The notes below the pieces were generated by a model. It was not told where the DNA came from. It ran no database searches and saw nothing but the letters and a program-made list of their open reading frames with translations. Position numbers and translations under genes: made by a program. This document shows, one piece after another, positions 14,860 through 24,862 of a stretch of 32,000 bases of DNA (positions are counted from its first letter, which is position 1; each line of letters begins with the position of its first letter). Source of the DNA: Vibrio vulnificus CMCP6. Its GTDB lineage: Bacteria > Pseudomonadota > Gammaproteobacteria > Enterobacterales > Vibrionaceae. The stretch spans positions 2,031,127-2,063,126 of the forward strand of contig NC_004459.3 of the NCBI RefSeq assembly GCF_000039765.1, in the 5' to 3' direction.

Positions 14860-16731
14860 ATGAAGTTTAGTCAAAAAGTCATACTGGCTTCTTCTGTGTT
14901 GTTGCTTATCAGTATCGTATTGCTGTCCGTTCAACAATCGCTATTGGTCAAAGACAAAGTCGAAAAATTGGTCGAAAGCAGCCTGATGGAGCTGGAGCAA
15001 GGGGTGCGAGATGCCGTCAGTGCGCAGATGGAAAGTAAACGCGCTTTGGCAAAATCTACGCAAGAAATCATTGAACTTGCGCCACTTGATCAAGGCTATG
15101 TGGCGGATGTGCTTGAAACCTCCGTCGTAAAACAAGGTTTTATCGCCGTGGGGCTTGGCTACGAGCGTGATGGTTTGGTGGTTGAAAATGACGATGCATG
15201 GGAAGTGGAATCCAGCTATGACCCAAGAACTCGCCCTTGGTATCAACAGGCAAAAGCACAAAATCGTTTGGTCGTCACAGAGCCCTATGTAGACTCAACC
15301 ACGAAACAAGTGGTGATTTCTATCGGTGCCCCTGTGCGATCTCAGGGGCAGTTCATCGGTAGTTTGTTTTACGATGTGGATTTAGGTGGCTTAGCAAAAT
15401 TGGTCAATCAAACCAATCTGTTTGATGCGGGTTACCTCTTCATTGTTACCCCAGACGGCACCACCATTGCGCACCCAGACGTCAACAAAAATGGTGAAAA
15501 TATCTCCAGCTACCTTCCTCAGGTTCGTATTCAAGAAGGAGAGCAACGCTTTGAAAAAGAAGGCGTGTCCTACCTCGTGCGTTTAACCAAGGTTGGCAGT
15601 GAAGGTTGGTTTGTTGGCGCTGTGCTCAATGAATCGACGGTTTATTCAGCGATCAGCGAAATGCGCAGCAGCTCCTTGATTTACGTGGTAATCGCAGTGG
15701 TACTGAGTGTGTTGGCTCTTTCTGTGTTAATGAAAGCGTTAATGCGTCCTTTAGGGGCGTTGAACGCCGCCATTCAGGATATTGCCAGTGGCAATGGCGA
15801 TTTAACTAAGCGCCTTGATACCAATACCGATCCAGAATTTGCGGAAATGGCGTGTGGTTTTAACCGCTTTACTGAAAATCTTCAGCAGCAGGTGATTCAA
15901 TCGAAAGCGATCAGTGCCGACATTCTCAATGGAACCGAAATGTCGGTGATGGGGGCTGAGCGTGCTTCTTCCGCCGTTGGTAGCCAGCTTCAAGAACTTG
16001 AACAACTGGCGACAGCCATGCATGAGATGTCGGTCACGGCGCTCGAAGTGGCAAACAATGCACAAAGCGCGGCACATGCCGTGAAAGAAGCAGATCAAGT
16101 GACGTCGGCCGGGTCGAAAGTGGTCAGTGATACAACCAATGCCATCAGCCAACTGTCACTGAGAATCGATCAAGCGGTAGAGGAAGTGCAGGGCTTAGAA
16201 AGCGCGACCACCAATATCGAAACCATCTTGAAAGTGATTAATGAAATTGCCGAACAAACGAACCTCTTGGCCTTAAACGCCGCGATTGAAGCCGCGCGTG
16301 CGGGTGAGTCGGGACGCGGTTTTGCGGTGGTGGCTGATGAAGTTCGCACTTTGGCATCACGCACGCAAGAATCCACTACGCAAATTCGCAGCATGATTGA
16401 ACAGTTGCAAGCAGGGGCGAGTTCAGTCTCTTCTGTGATGGGCGAGAGTAAAGCTACTACGGATGTGGCAGTGACGCACGCACAGCAAGCTGATCATGCC
16501 TTACAAGAAATCCGCGAGATCATGCAACGCATTACCGATATGAACCTGCAAATCGCGTCTGCCGCAGAAGAGCAAAGCCTTGTTGCGGAAGAGATCAACA
16601 GCAATACGGTGAGAATTAAAGATCTCTCAACCGAAGTGTCTCAGTTGGCGGCTCAATCGAACGACGCCATGGCGCAGCAAACGGTGTACGTGCGACAGCA
16701 AGATGCCCTGTTAAATAAGTTTATTGTTTGA
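14860..16731 (+). CDS. methyl-accepting chemotaxis protein with Cache-like periplasmic sensor
   Basis: Two TM segments flank a ~240-aa periplasmic domain. HAMP region is [25 protein letters not shown]. The signalling hairpin is [38 protein letters not shown]. Confidence 0.9.
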   Translation: MKFSQKVILASSVLLLISIVLLSVQQSLLVKDKVEKLVESSLMELEQGVRDAVSAQMESKRALAKSTQEIIELAPLDQGYVADVLETSVVKQGFIAVGLGYERDGLVVENDDAWEVESSYDPRTRPWYQQAKAQNRLVVTEPYVDSTTKQVVISIGAPVRSQGQFIGSLFYDVDLGGLAKLVNQTNLFDAGYLFIVTPDGTTIAHPDVNKNGENISSYLPQVRIQEGEQRFEKEGVSYLVRLTKVGSEGWFVGAVLNESTVYSAISEMRSSSLIYVVIAVVLSVLALSVLMKALMRPLGALNAAIQDIASGNGDLTKRLDTNTDPEFAEMACGFNRFTENLQQQVIQSKAISADILNGTEMSVMGAERASSAVGSQLQELEQLATAMHEMSVTALEVANNAQSAAHAVKEADQVTSAGSKVVSDTTNAISQLSLRIDQAVEEVQGLESATTNIETILKVINEIAEQTNLLALNAAIEAARAGESGRGFAVVADEVRTLASRTQESTTQIRSMIEQLQAGASSVSSVMGESKATTDVAVTHAQQADHALQEIREIMQRITDMNLQIASAAEEQSLVAEEINSNTVRIKDLSTEVSQLAAQSNDAMAQQTVYVRQQDALLNKFIV

Positions 16732-16761
16732 TGTCATTCTGAATCACTCTTTTGAAGATAT

Positions 16762-16790
16762 GCCCAGCCCATAGCGGCTGGGCTTTTTTT
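16762..16790 (+). terminator. rho-independent terminator
   Basis: gcccagcc-catagc-ggctgggc followed by ttttttt. Confidence 0.85.
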
Positions 16791-17035
16791 GAAATCAAGT
16801 TTGGCTGAGTACGTTGGATAGCCAATGCCGGCCAAGTTCTTTCTCTTTAGCCATTTGCACATTTCGTCTTTGCGCTACGTCGCTTTTTCGCCTGATTAAA
16901 CCGCGAAACTTAGTTTACGTTTTTCGCGGCTATCATTCTTAGGTGAACAGGCGTATCGGGCTTATAATCTCGCCCTCATTGGGTGAGAGAGCCTCTCTGT
17001 ATCCAATGCTATCTGCCTGATACAAAGAGCGTTCT

Positions 17036-18610
17036 ATGATTGGAATCTATTTTCAAATCAATGACTGGGTTTTGTGCATTGATGAGAACAAGCTGTATCG
17101 ACAAGATAGGGAAGTCTCCGTCGAGCCACGTCTAATAAATTTACTGCATTTCCTTGCTGAACACGTTGGAGAGGTGTTTGGTCGCGAGGAACTGATCCAG
17201 CACGTTTGGGATGGGGCCATTGTCACCGACCAAGTGGTGACGCAATCCATTTTTGAGCTCCGCAAATTACTGCGTGATGGGCGAGAAGAAAATCTCAGCT
17301 ATGTGGTGACCGTACCAAAGCGCGGTTACAAGCTGGTGGCCAATGTTGAGCGTTTAACGGCCAATCCTTATTTGTTGCGTCAGGCAGAACCTGCCGAGGT
17401 TGAATTGTTGGAGCCAGCAATGACCGAGCCATTAATCGCGGTGCCAGAAGCCCCCAGCGCAAATGAAATGGTTTTTCCAGCAGGGCCGCTCACACGCGCC
17501 ATGTGCCACAGTCAGCAACAGAAAAAGCCGAATCGACCCAATATCTCTCGTTGGCGTGTGAACGCATTCAACGCGCTGTGGATTGGTTTGGTGATCATTG
17601 CGATGGGCTTTTTTACCATCAAACAATCACAAGTGCGCATTACGCAAGTCGTGGATACTCATCTGATTGAATTCATGTTTCAAGATGACTATCACGCCCA
17701 AGCGTTAAGCCACGATCTGGCCGATGGTATTGCACAGAAGCTGATGGCCGACATCACTCAAGTGACCGACTATCGCGTGATGTTGAGTAAAACCGCGTTT
17801 ACGTCTGGCATTTTGCCCGGTAAATCGATCATGGTTCGAGTGAGCGATAAAGAAGGTCACGCCTTTATTGAACTGGAGTTAAAAAACAACTCCTCGGGCG
17901 CGGTGTTGTTTAGCCGCCAATACCCTTTGGACACCTCGCATCTTGCGTCGGTTTTGCACCGAGCGGAAGTCGACATTATGCAGGCGTTACGTTTGCCAAA
18001 CGCAGAGCAACAAGCGCAAATCTTGTTGGTGGATTTTCCTCAGCAGCCAGCGGCGTTGGCCTTGTATGTGCGAGCGAATCACTACCTCAATCTCTCTGAT
18101 CAACAGCAGGTACAAAAGGGGATTGATTTGCTTGAACAGGTGCTTAACTTAGAGCCGAACAATCATTACGTTCAGGCGGAGCTCTTGATTGCTTACCATG
18201 TTCAGCAAGCCTTGTCTGACATGCCGACGTTAAACCAAGAACGCATTTTATTGCTGAGCAGCAAATTGCAAAGCGCCAGTGAAGCACTGGACGCAGTGGT
18301 TCAACCCAGAATTTACGAAGCGTTAGCGCTGCAAGCGACGGTGGATGAAGATCTGCCCTCGGCTGAGCGGTATTTAGCCAAAGCGCAGCAATTGCGTGAG
18401 TCGGTGCTCTCTTATGTACTGCAAGGAAAACACGCTGAATTGCGTGGTGATCTTGATGGTGCCAGTGATGGTTACAGCGAAGCTTTTTATATGGACACAT
18501 CACTAGAAACCTATTTGTTGTGTGAGAGGCTGGTATTTCAATCGAATCTAAAATCGATTGACTACGCCATGTATCGCTCAGTGCATCCTTCGGTGGTGCG
18601 TTTAATGTAG
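17036..18610 (+). CDS. cadC: CadC, ToxR-like membrane-bound transcriptional activator of cadBA
   Basis: The N-terminal winged-helix region is colinear with E. coli CadC as remembered (VEPRLINLLHFLAEHVGEVFGREELIQHVWDGAIVTDQVVTQSIFELRKLL...VTVPKRGYKLV). It has a single TM (ALWIGLVIIAMGFFTI) and a periplasmic C-terminal domain, and sits upstream of cadBA. Confidence 0.85.
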   Translation: MIGIYFQINDWVLCIDENKLYRQDREVSVEPRLINLLHFLAEHVGEVFGREELIQHVWDGAIVTDQVVTQSIFELRKLLRDGREENLSYVVTVPKRGYKLVANVERLTANPYLLRQAEPAEVELLEPAMTEPLIAVPEAPSANEMVFPAGPLTRAMCHSQQQKKPNRPNISRWRVNAFNALWIGLVIIAMGFFTIKQSQVRITQVVDTHLIEFMFQDDYHAQALSHDLADGIAQKLMADITQVTDYRVMLSKTAFTSGILPGKSIMVRVSDKEGHAFIELELKNNSSGAVLFSRQYPLDTSHLASVLHRAEVDIMQALRLPNAEQQAQILLVDFPQQPAALALYVRANHYLNLSDQQQVQKGIDLLEQVLNLEPNNHYVQAELLIAYHVQQALSDMPTLNQERILLLSSKLQSASEALDAVVQPRIYEALALQATVDEDLPSAERYLAKAQQLRESVLSYVLQGKHAELRGDLDGASDGYSEAFYMDTSLETYLLCERLVFQSNLKSIDYAMYRSVHPSVVRLM

Positions 18611-18640
18611 CGACCCAGTTTGGGTTTGCCTTTCACCTTT

Positions 18641-18680
18641 GCTCTCAGACATCGCTGCGTCTGAGAGCGGTTCATTTTCT
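18641..18680 (+). terminator. terminator-like hairpin after cadC
   Basis: gctctcagac-atcgctgc-gtctgagagc (10-bp stem) followed by ggttcatttt. The U-run is imperfect. Confidence 0.5.
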
Positions 18681-18739
18681 TATCTTTCCCTTCTTTGCGT
18701 ATGAACCTCATTGTGAGTTGTACGTCTTGTTCCATCGTC

Positions 18740-18883
18740 TATACCCTTTCTACTTGAAGCTGCAGCGGTGTTGGCTACGCTCGTTCACTGGCACGCCAGC
18801 CCGGCCCAATCACATAGTCTGTCTATGTTCATGGGGATGACCTCACTTGCCGCCTACCTGCAACTCCAAGTAGTTTGGGTATA
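18740..18883. repeat. ERIC/IRU-like imperfect palindromic intergenic repeat
   Basis: Terminal inverted repeats are tataccctttctacttgaagctgcag and ctgcaactccaagtagtttgggtata. Internal blocks ...cgctcgttcac..., ...catggggat... and ...cacttgccgcctacctgcaactc... resemble the ERIC consensus as I remember it. It is about 17 bp longer than the canonical ~127 bp. Confidence 0.55.
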
Positions 18884-18905
18884 TTCTCTTATTCTTTTCC
18901 TATTT

Positions 18906-18937
18906 TACTCTTTTACTCTTTTACTCTTTTACTCTTT
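18906..18937. repeat. octanucleotide microsatellite (TACTCTTT)x4
   Basis: Perfect units at 18906, 18914, 18922 and 18930. Degenerate related sequence lies just upstream (tctcttattcttttcctatt). Confidence 0.9.
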
Positions 18938-18940
18938 TCC

Positions 18941-19008
18941 TAGCTTCCTAGCTTCCTAGCTTCCTAGCTTCCTAGCTTCCTAGCTTCCTAGCTTCCTCGC
19001 TTCCTCGC
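18941..19008. repeat. octanucleotide microsatellite (TAGCTTCC)x7 followed by TCGCTTCC and TCGC
   Basis: Perfect units start every 8 nt from 18941 to 18989. A variant unit is at 18997-19004. Confidence 0.95.
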
Positions 19009-19415
19009 ATTTCGGCTTGGATAAATTCGATATCAACGCATTATCAACTTCCCCCTTAATGGCAAGTTGATTGACTTGATGGCTAACGAAAGAGCAGGTT
19101 GATAATTTTATTGCTATGAGTTTATGTTTTTAGGTTTTTTCTTAACTATCTGAAAACGTTGATTTATGTATTGGGTGTTTATCACCTTGATATCAAGAAA
19201 CTCATTTTTGTCTCATCATTTTATTGATAATCGTAAGTTTATTTTTTTTATCTGCTTTGGGCGTAATCTCCACTTCGAACATTAACGGGGTCACGGAGAA
19301 AGTTTTCTCTCTATCGCGTTAATAACATCAAAAGAGCAGCGACAAGGTTGCTTCGCGTTGCGGTTATTTATTCGTTTGAGTTTTGTAACTTAAGTTGAAT
19401 CGAGTTGGAGATGTT

Positions 19416-20753
19416 ATGTCATCTAATACTAAGAAAATCGGCCTAATTGCCTGTACAGGTGTCGTGGCTGGTAACATGATGGGCAGTGGTATTGCCTTAC
19501 TTCCTTCTACACTGGCGAGTGTAGGTTCTATCTCTATTTTTAGTTGGGCGATTTGTATTGTTGGTGCATTGAGCCTGGCATTCGTGTTTGCTCGTTTGGC
19601 AACCAAAAACCCTCAAGAGGGTGGCCCTATTGCGTATGCAGGTGAGGTGTCACCAGTGTTTGGTTTCCAAACGGGCGTGCTTTACTACCACGCGAACTGG
19701 ATTGGCAACTTAGCCATTGCCATTACCGGTGTTTCTTACTTATCGGTTTTCTTCCCAGTACTGAATGACCCAATTCCAGCAGGCCTTGCGACCATCGCTT
19801 CTGTTTGGGTGTTCACGCTGGTTAACTTGCTCGGTGGTAGCTGGGTAAGCCGACTCTGTACCGTTGGTTTGGTACTGATTTTGGTTCCAGTATTAGGTAC
19901 AGCGCTCTTTGGTTGGACGCACTTCGACAGCGCTATTTACAGCCAAAACTGGAACGTTTCTGCAGGTAGCGATGGCCATGCGATCATCACTGCGGTACTT
20001 ATCTGTCTATGGTCTTTCGTGGGTGTGGAATCTGCGGCGGTATCATCAGGTATGGTTGAGAACCCAAAACGCACAGTACCACTTGCGACTATGCTAGGTA
20101 CTGCGATTGCCGGTGTGATTTACGTGCTGTCTACTCAAATGATCAGCGGTATGTTCCCAGCTTCTGAAGTGGCTGCATCAGGTGCACCATTTGCGTTGGC
20201 GACCACTGAACTGTTCGGTAGTTGGACTGCGCCATTTGTCTCTGCGTTTACTGCGTTGGCGTGTTTCACCTCTCTTGGCTCTTGGATGATGTTGGTGAGC
20301 GAAGCGGGTAAACGTGCCGCAAACGACGGTAACTTCCCTAAAGTGTTTGGTGAAACCGACAAAAACGGCGTGCCTAAGAAAGGTTTGGTTATCGCGTCTA
20401 GCATGATGACGATGTTGATGTTGGTACTGATGTTCTTTAGCTCAGAAACCGCGCACGCTTCAGACATGTTTAACCAATTAACCACTGACGCAGTACTACT
20501 CACCATGCTGCCTTACTTCTACTCAAGCATTAACTTGATTCGCTTCGAAGGTATGACAACTCGCAATACATTCGTGATGTTGTTCTCGGGCATTGCTAGC
20601 TTGTTCTGTATGGTTGCCCTAGCAGGTGCAGAAGGTTCAACCCTCACCGCAACCTTCATCATGTCTCTCATCATCTTGATGTTCTACAGCAAGAAAACAG
20701 GCTTGGCACAATACATGGCTGCCCATCCTGAAGAAGCTTCGGCTCAACACTGA
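19416..20753 (+). CDS. cadB: CadB lysine/cadaverine antiporter
   Basis: Colinear with E. coli CadB as remembered (MSSNTKKIGLIACTGVVAGNMMGSGIALLP...GGPIAYAGEVSP.FGFQTGVLYYHANWIGNLAI...NPKRTVPLATMLGT). The ATG at 19416, preceded by GGAG, is preferred over the tool's start at 19395. Confidence 0.95.
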   Translation: MSSNTKKIGLIACTGVVAGNMMGSGIALLPSTLASVGSISIFSWAICIVGALSLAFVFARLATKNPQEGGPIAYAGEVSPVFGFQTGVLYYHANWIGNLAIAITGVSYLSVFFPVLNDPIPAGLATIASVWVFTLVNLLGGSWVSRLCTVGLVLILVPVLGTALFGWTHFDSAIYSQNWNVSAGSDGHAIITAVLICLWSFVGVESAAVSSGMVENPKRTVPLATMLGTAIAGVIYVLSTQMISGMFPASEVAASGAPFALATTELFGSWTAPFVSAFTALACFTSLGSWMMLVSEAGKRAANDGNFPKVFGETDKNGVPKKGLVIASSMMTMLMLVLMFFSSETAHASDMFNQLTTDAVLLTMLPYFYSSINLIRFEGMTTRNTFVMLFSGIASLFCMVALAGAEGSTLTATFIMSLIILMFYSKKTGLAQYMAAHPEEASAQH

Positions 20754-20866
20754 TTGATTCCGCTGGCGGACTGCCACGCCAGCGCTTCCTAATTTCATCA
20801 CGGCGCTCGTCTTACTCACTGTGACTAATCACAGAGAGCGCCCTTTTTCGTCTTGGAGATGTCCAA

Positions 20867-23002
20867 ATGAATATTTTCGCTATCTTGAACCACATGGGTG
20901 TGTTCTTTAAAGAAGAGCCAGTTCGCCAATTGCATGCAGCACTTGAAAAAGCCGGTTATGAAGTTGTTTATCCAGTGGATGACAAAGATTTGATCAAGAT
21001 GATCGAAATGAACCCGCGCATTTGTGGTGTGCTGTTTGACTGGGATAAATACTCGCTTGAGCTTTGTGAGCGTATTAGCCAAATCAACGAAAAACTGCCA
21101 GTACACGCGTTTGCTAACGAGCAATCAACGCTGGATATTTCGCTTACCGATCTACGCCTAAACGTGCATTTCTTTGAATACGCATTGGGCATGGCGGACG
21201 ACATCGCCATCAAGATCAACCAAGCGACACAAGAATACAAAGACGCAATTACACCACCATTCACCAAAGCGCTGTTTAAATATGTGGAAGAAGGCAAATA
21301 CACCTTCTGTACTCCAGGTCACATGGGTGGTACGGCTTTTCAAAAAAGCCCAGTCGGCAGCATTTTCTACGATTTCTACGGTCCAAATACTTTCAAAGCG
21401 GACGTGTCGATTTCTATGCCAGAGCTAGGCTCACTGCTTGACCATTCAGGTCCACACAAAGAAGCGGAAGAGTACATTGCGCGTACGTTCAACGCTGACG
21501 CATCGTACATCGTGACGAACGGTACTTCGACGTCAAACAAAATTGTCGGCATGTTCTCTGCGCCAGCGGGCAGCACGGTATTGGTTGACCGTAACTGTCA
21601 TAAATCATTGACTCACCTAATGATGATGACGGACGTAACACCTATTTACTTCCGCCCAACCCGTAACGCTTACGGCATTCTTGGTGGTATTCCACAAAGT
21701 GAATTCAGCCGTGAAGTGATCGCAGAAAAAGTGGCTAAAACACCAGGTGCGAGCGCGCCAAGCTACGCGGTGATTACCAACTCAACTTACGATGGTTTGT
21801 TGTACAACACACAATTCATCAAAGAGTCTCTCGACTGTAAACACATCCACTTTGATAGTGCGTGGGTGCCTTACACTAACTTCAACCGTATTTACGAAGG
21901 CAAATGCGGCATGAGTGGCGAAGCGATGCCAGGCAAAGTGTTCTACGAAACACAATCCACTCACAAACTGTTGGCGGCGTTCTCGCAAGCGTCAATGATT
22001 CACGTAAAAGGTGAATTTGACCGTGAGTCGTTCAACGAAGCCTTTATGATGCACACTTCCACCTCGCCTCAATACGGCATTGTGGCATCAACAGAAACCG
22101 CGGCGGCAATGATGCGTGGTAACACGGGCCGTAAGTTGATGCAAGATTCAATCGACCGTGCGATTCGTTTCCGTAAAGAGATCAAACGCTTAAAAGGTGA
22201 AAGTGACGGTTGGTTCTTCGATGTTTGGCAACCAGAGAACATTGAGACAACCGAATGCTGGAAACTTGACCCTAACCAAGACTGGCATGGCTTCAAGAAC
22301 ATGGACGATGACCACATGTATCTTGACCCAATCAAAATCACTTTGCTGACTCCTGGAATGAGCAAAGATGGTGAGTTGGAAACCAGTGGTATTCCTGCTT
22401 CATTGGTGGCGAAATATCTTGATGAACGTGGCATTGTGGTAGAAAAAACAGGCCCTTACAACTTGTTGTTCTTGTTCTCAATTGGTATCGACAAATCAAA
22501 AGCGATGCAATTGCTACGTGGTTTGACTGAGTTCAAACGTGGTTACGATCTGAACCTAACGATTCGCACCATGCTGCCTGCGCTGTACCGTGAAGATCCT
22601 GCGTTCTACGAAGGCATGCGTATTCAAGAGCTGGCACAAGGCATTCACGATCTGACTCGTAAGTATCGTCTACCAGAATTGATGTACAAAGCGTTCGATG
22701 TGCTACCAGAGATGAAAGTCACGCCACACGCAGCTTGGCAACAAGAGCTTCGTGGTCAAACCGAAGAGATCTTGCTGAATGATATGGTGGGCCGCGTGAG
22801 TGCCAACATGATCCTTCCTTACCCTCCAGGTGTGCCTCTAGTGCTACCAGGTGAAGTGGTGACAGAAAGCTCTCGTCCAGTACTGGATTTCTTGGAAATG
22901 TTGTGTGAAATCGGCGCACATTACCCAGGCTTCGAGACCGACATCCACGGCCTATACCGCCAAAAAGATGGCCGTTACACCGTAAAAGTACTGAAAGACT
23001 GA
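20867..23002 (+). CDS. cadA: CadA inducible lysine decarboxylase
   Basis: 711 aa and near-colinear with E. coli CadA as remembered (MNIFAILNHMGVFFKEEP..., FCTPGHMGGTAFQKSPVGS, PLP-lysine motif ETQSTHKLLAAFSQASMIHVKG, ...GAHYPGFETDIHG.YRQ.DGRYTVKVLK). Confidence 0.95.
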   Translation: MNIFAILNHMGVFFKEEPVRQLHAALEKAGYEVVYPVDDKDLIKMIEMNPRICGVLFDWDKYSLELCERISQINEKLPVHAFANEQSTLDISLTDLRLNVHFFEYALGMADDIAIKINQATQEYKDAITPPFTKALFKYVEEGKYTFCTPGHMGGTAFQKSPVGSIFYDFYGPNTFKADVSISMPELGSLLDHSGPHKEAEEYIARTFNADASYIVTNGTSTSNKIVGMFSAPAGSTVLVDRNCHKSLTHLMMMTDVTPIYFRPTRNAYGILGGIPQSEFSREVIAEKVAKTPGASAPSYAVITNSTYDGLLYNTQFIKESLDCKHIHFDSAWVPYTNFNRIYEGKCGMSGEAMPGKVFYETQSTHKLLAAFSQASMIHVKGEFDRESFNEAFMMHTSTSPQYGIVASTETAAAMMRGNTGRKLMQDSIDRAIRFRKEIKRLKGESDGWFFDVWQPENIETTECWKLDPNQDWHGFKNMDDDHMYLDPIKITLLTPGMSKDGELETSGIPASLVAKYLDERGIVVEKTGPYNLLFLFSIGIDKSKAMQLLRGLTEFKRGYDLNLTIRTMLPALYREDPAFYEGMRIQELAQGIHDLTRKYRLPELMYKAFDVLPEMKVTPHAAWQQELRGQTEEILLNDMVGRVSANMILPYPPGVPLVLPGEVVTESSRPVLDFLEMLCEIGAHYPGFETDIHGLYRQKDGRYTVKVLKD

Positions 23003-23065
23003 TTTGCCTGAAATTAGGTCAATGATTTAACGCAACGTGACTACCCCAATAGACGCGTGACCCAA

Positions 23066-23097
23066 AGAGAGCCAAACAAATGGCTCTCTTTTTTTTT
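23066..23097. terminator. terminator between convergent cadA and GGDEF gene
   Basis: agagagcca-aacaaa-tggctctct followed by a run of T (plus-strand orientation). Confidence 0.8.
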
Positions 23098-23116
23098 GCA
23101 CGGCAGATCCCAACGA

Positions 23117-24103
23117 TTAATGAGAGAGGAAGTGAACGGTGCCTCGTTGGGTGTTTTTGGCGTTAAACAGCGCTTTATCCGCTTTGGAAATAAACTGCTC
23201 GAGGTCTTGGCTATCGCCCGTTAGGCTGGGATAAAACTGAATGCCGATGGTGAGGGTTAGGGTGTCGGCCACATGAGAATGTTGATTAGGAATGGCCAGT
23301 TTCTGAATCGACTGTTGCAGTGAATGCGCCCTAGACTGGCATTCCTCTTGCGAAATATCTTGGATGAAAACCAAGAACTCATCGCCGCCATAACGAAAGC
23401 AAATGCCATTGTGACCACTCCAGTTTTTTAGCGCCAGCGAGACCATGCGTAATGCTTTGTCGCCAGTAAGATGACCATAGGTGTCGTTGAGATCTTTAAA
23501 ACAATCAATATCAACCATAAAGAGCGCGGCACTTTTGCCAGATTGTGCGGTATTGGCAATGGCGCTAGGAAGGTGCACTTCAAGTGCATAGCGATTGTAG
23601 AGTTGAGTTAAATGATCAAGGCAGGAGAGTTTCTCCAACTCCAGTTGTTGCCGTTCCAGTTTCTGCAGCGCCGTTTTGTATTCAGTGATGTTGCGCACGG
23701 TCCACAGCACCTTGTTTTCTCCAAATACCGGAATGACAAAGGCACTAAAATATTGCAACTCAGTCGGCCCCGCGACACCTTCAAAACAGTTGAGATCTTT
23801 CGGATGCAGCGCGTACTCCAACTCTTGTGGAGCTTGGGATTCGATCACTTGCGCGATCACGTCAGAAAACCATCGAGCTTTATCGTGAGGGAGCACTTCG
23901 AACTGATTTAAGCCAATCACATTGGCTGGGTCGTGGTGACGAGAAGTGTCGGTACCACCCCAAGCCTCAATGTAATAGCCATCGCCATTGATTAAGAAGG
24001 TTGGTTCAGGAAGCGCATCAAAAATGTGGTGAATGACCGCCGGGTTGTTGGCGATAACACGCGAAAAAATGGACTGTTCTACCATGCAGCGTACTCCTAC
24101 CAT
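23117..24103 (-). CDS. PAS-GGDEF diguanylate cyclase
   Basis: The N-terminal ~150 aa is PAS-like. The GGDEF domain shows LTQLYNRYAL, VDIDCFKDLNDTYGHLTGD, RYGGDEF and ALFNAKNTQRG. The second ATG at 24085 has the better RBS (AGGAG 8 nt upstream) and may be the true start. Confidence 0.85.
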   Translation of the reverse strand: MVGVRCMVEQSIFSRVIANNPAVIHHIFDALPEPTFLINGDGYYIEAWGGTDTSRHHDPANVIGLNQFEVLPHDKARWFSDVIAQVIESQAPQELEYALHPKDLNCFEGVAGPTELQYFSAFVIPVFGENKVLWTVRNITEYKTALQKLERQQLELEKLSCLDHLTQLYNRYALEVHLPSAIANTAQSGKSAALFMVDIDCFKDLNDTYGHLTGDKALRMVSLALKNWSGHNGICFRYGGDEFLVFIQDISQEECQSRAHSLQQSIQKLAIPNQHSHVADTLTLTIGIQFYPSLTGDSQDLEQFISKADKALFNAKNTQRGTVHFLSH

Positions 24104-24298
24104 TTCATTAACTTATAGCTCAATAGTGTGAGCGCCGCGTGACGGGGAACAAAATATTTGTCTTATTTGTAGTACAAGCTCGATCTAATCATTGATAGGT
24201 GAGGCCAATAAAGAAAATTGCCGATTCCTATTTAGTAAAAACAAGAAATTAGACGACACTTAAAGAAAGGGCAAAATGACACCGCAAAGGAGCACGCG

Positions 24299-24715
24299 AT
24301 GAACTCACTCAAAGTAAAAGATTACATGACCCTACAAGCCGTCACCTTCACAGTTGACATGTCTTTAAGTGCCGCATTGAACAAAGTCATGAAAAGCGTG
24401 GTCATGGGTGGTCCGGTGATCAATGAAAAAGAAGAAGTGATAGGTTTCCTTTCAGAGCAAGACTTGCTGGATAAACTGGTGAAAGCCAGTTATCACTGCC
24501 AAGATTCGTACACCGTTGGTGAGTGCATGCACAGTGATGTGTTATCGGTTTCGTCTGATATGTCGATCATCGAACTGGCCGACATGATGAAAGTCGGCAA
24601 ACCGAAAATGTATCCGGTGGTCGACAACAAAAAATTGGTTGGGGTGATCACCCGTCGCGATGTGTTAAAAGCGATTGGCCAAAGCCTCGATGATTGCTTC
24701 AAACATCCGGTTTAA
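24299..24715 (+). CDS. CBS-pair domain protein
   Basis: 138 aa with two CBS-like repeats (VKDYMTLQAVTFTVDMSLSAAL...VINEKEEVIGFLSEQDLL and VGECMHSDVLSVSSDMSIIELADMM...YPVVDNKKLVGVITRRDVL). Confidence 0.8.
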   Translation: MNSLKVKDYMTLQAVTFTVDMSLSAALNKVMKSVVMGGPVINEKEEVIGFLSEQDLLDKLVKASYHCQDSYTVGECMHSDVLSVSSDMSIIELADMMKVGKPKMYPVVDNKKLVGVITRRDVLKAIGQSLDDCFKHPV

Positions 24716-24800
24716 CCTTCATCTTAACCTTCCTTCTTACGATGAGCCCTCTAACGAGGGCTTACTTTTATAGCCGATTCCTTGCGGAGTGAAATAACGC

Positions 24801-24832
24801 TTGACCTTGGAGCTGACTCTAAGGTTTATGCT
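24801..24832 (+). promoter_or_regulatory. MerR/ZntR-type promoter-operator of zntA
   Basis: -35 TTGACC (24801-24806) and -10 TATGCT (24827-24832) are separated by a 20-bp spacer. The dyad ACCTTGGAG-CTGA-CTCTAAGGT begins inside the -35 hexamer and fills most of the spacer. It closely resembles E. coli PzntA (cttgactctggagtcgactccagagtgtatcct) as remembered. Confidence 0.7.
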
Positions 24833-24862
24833 TACGCTGTACTCACCAATAAGGAAAATGTT

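Noticed and set aside
18768-18959. 63-aa ORF in the cadC-cadB intergenic region
   Set aside because: It reads straight through the ERIC-like element and the two octanucleotide arrays (LLFYSFTLLLFYSF...). It is a low-complexity artefact with no RBS.
20968-22919. Numerous 60-120-aa antisense or out-of-frame ORFs inside cadA (similar ones occur inside zntA, cadB, the MCP genes and hipBA, e.g. 8177-8572, 25693-26292, 30199-30594)
   Set aside because: They are fully embedded in strongly supported genes and have no RBS or recognisable motifs. Such ORFs are expected by chance in mid-GC coding sequence.
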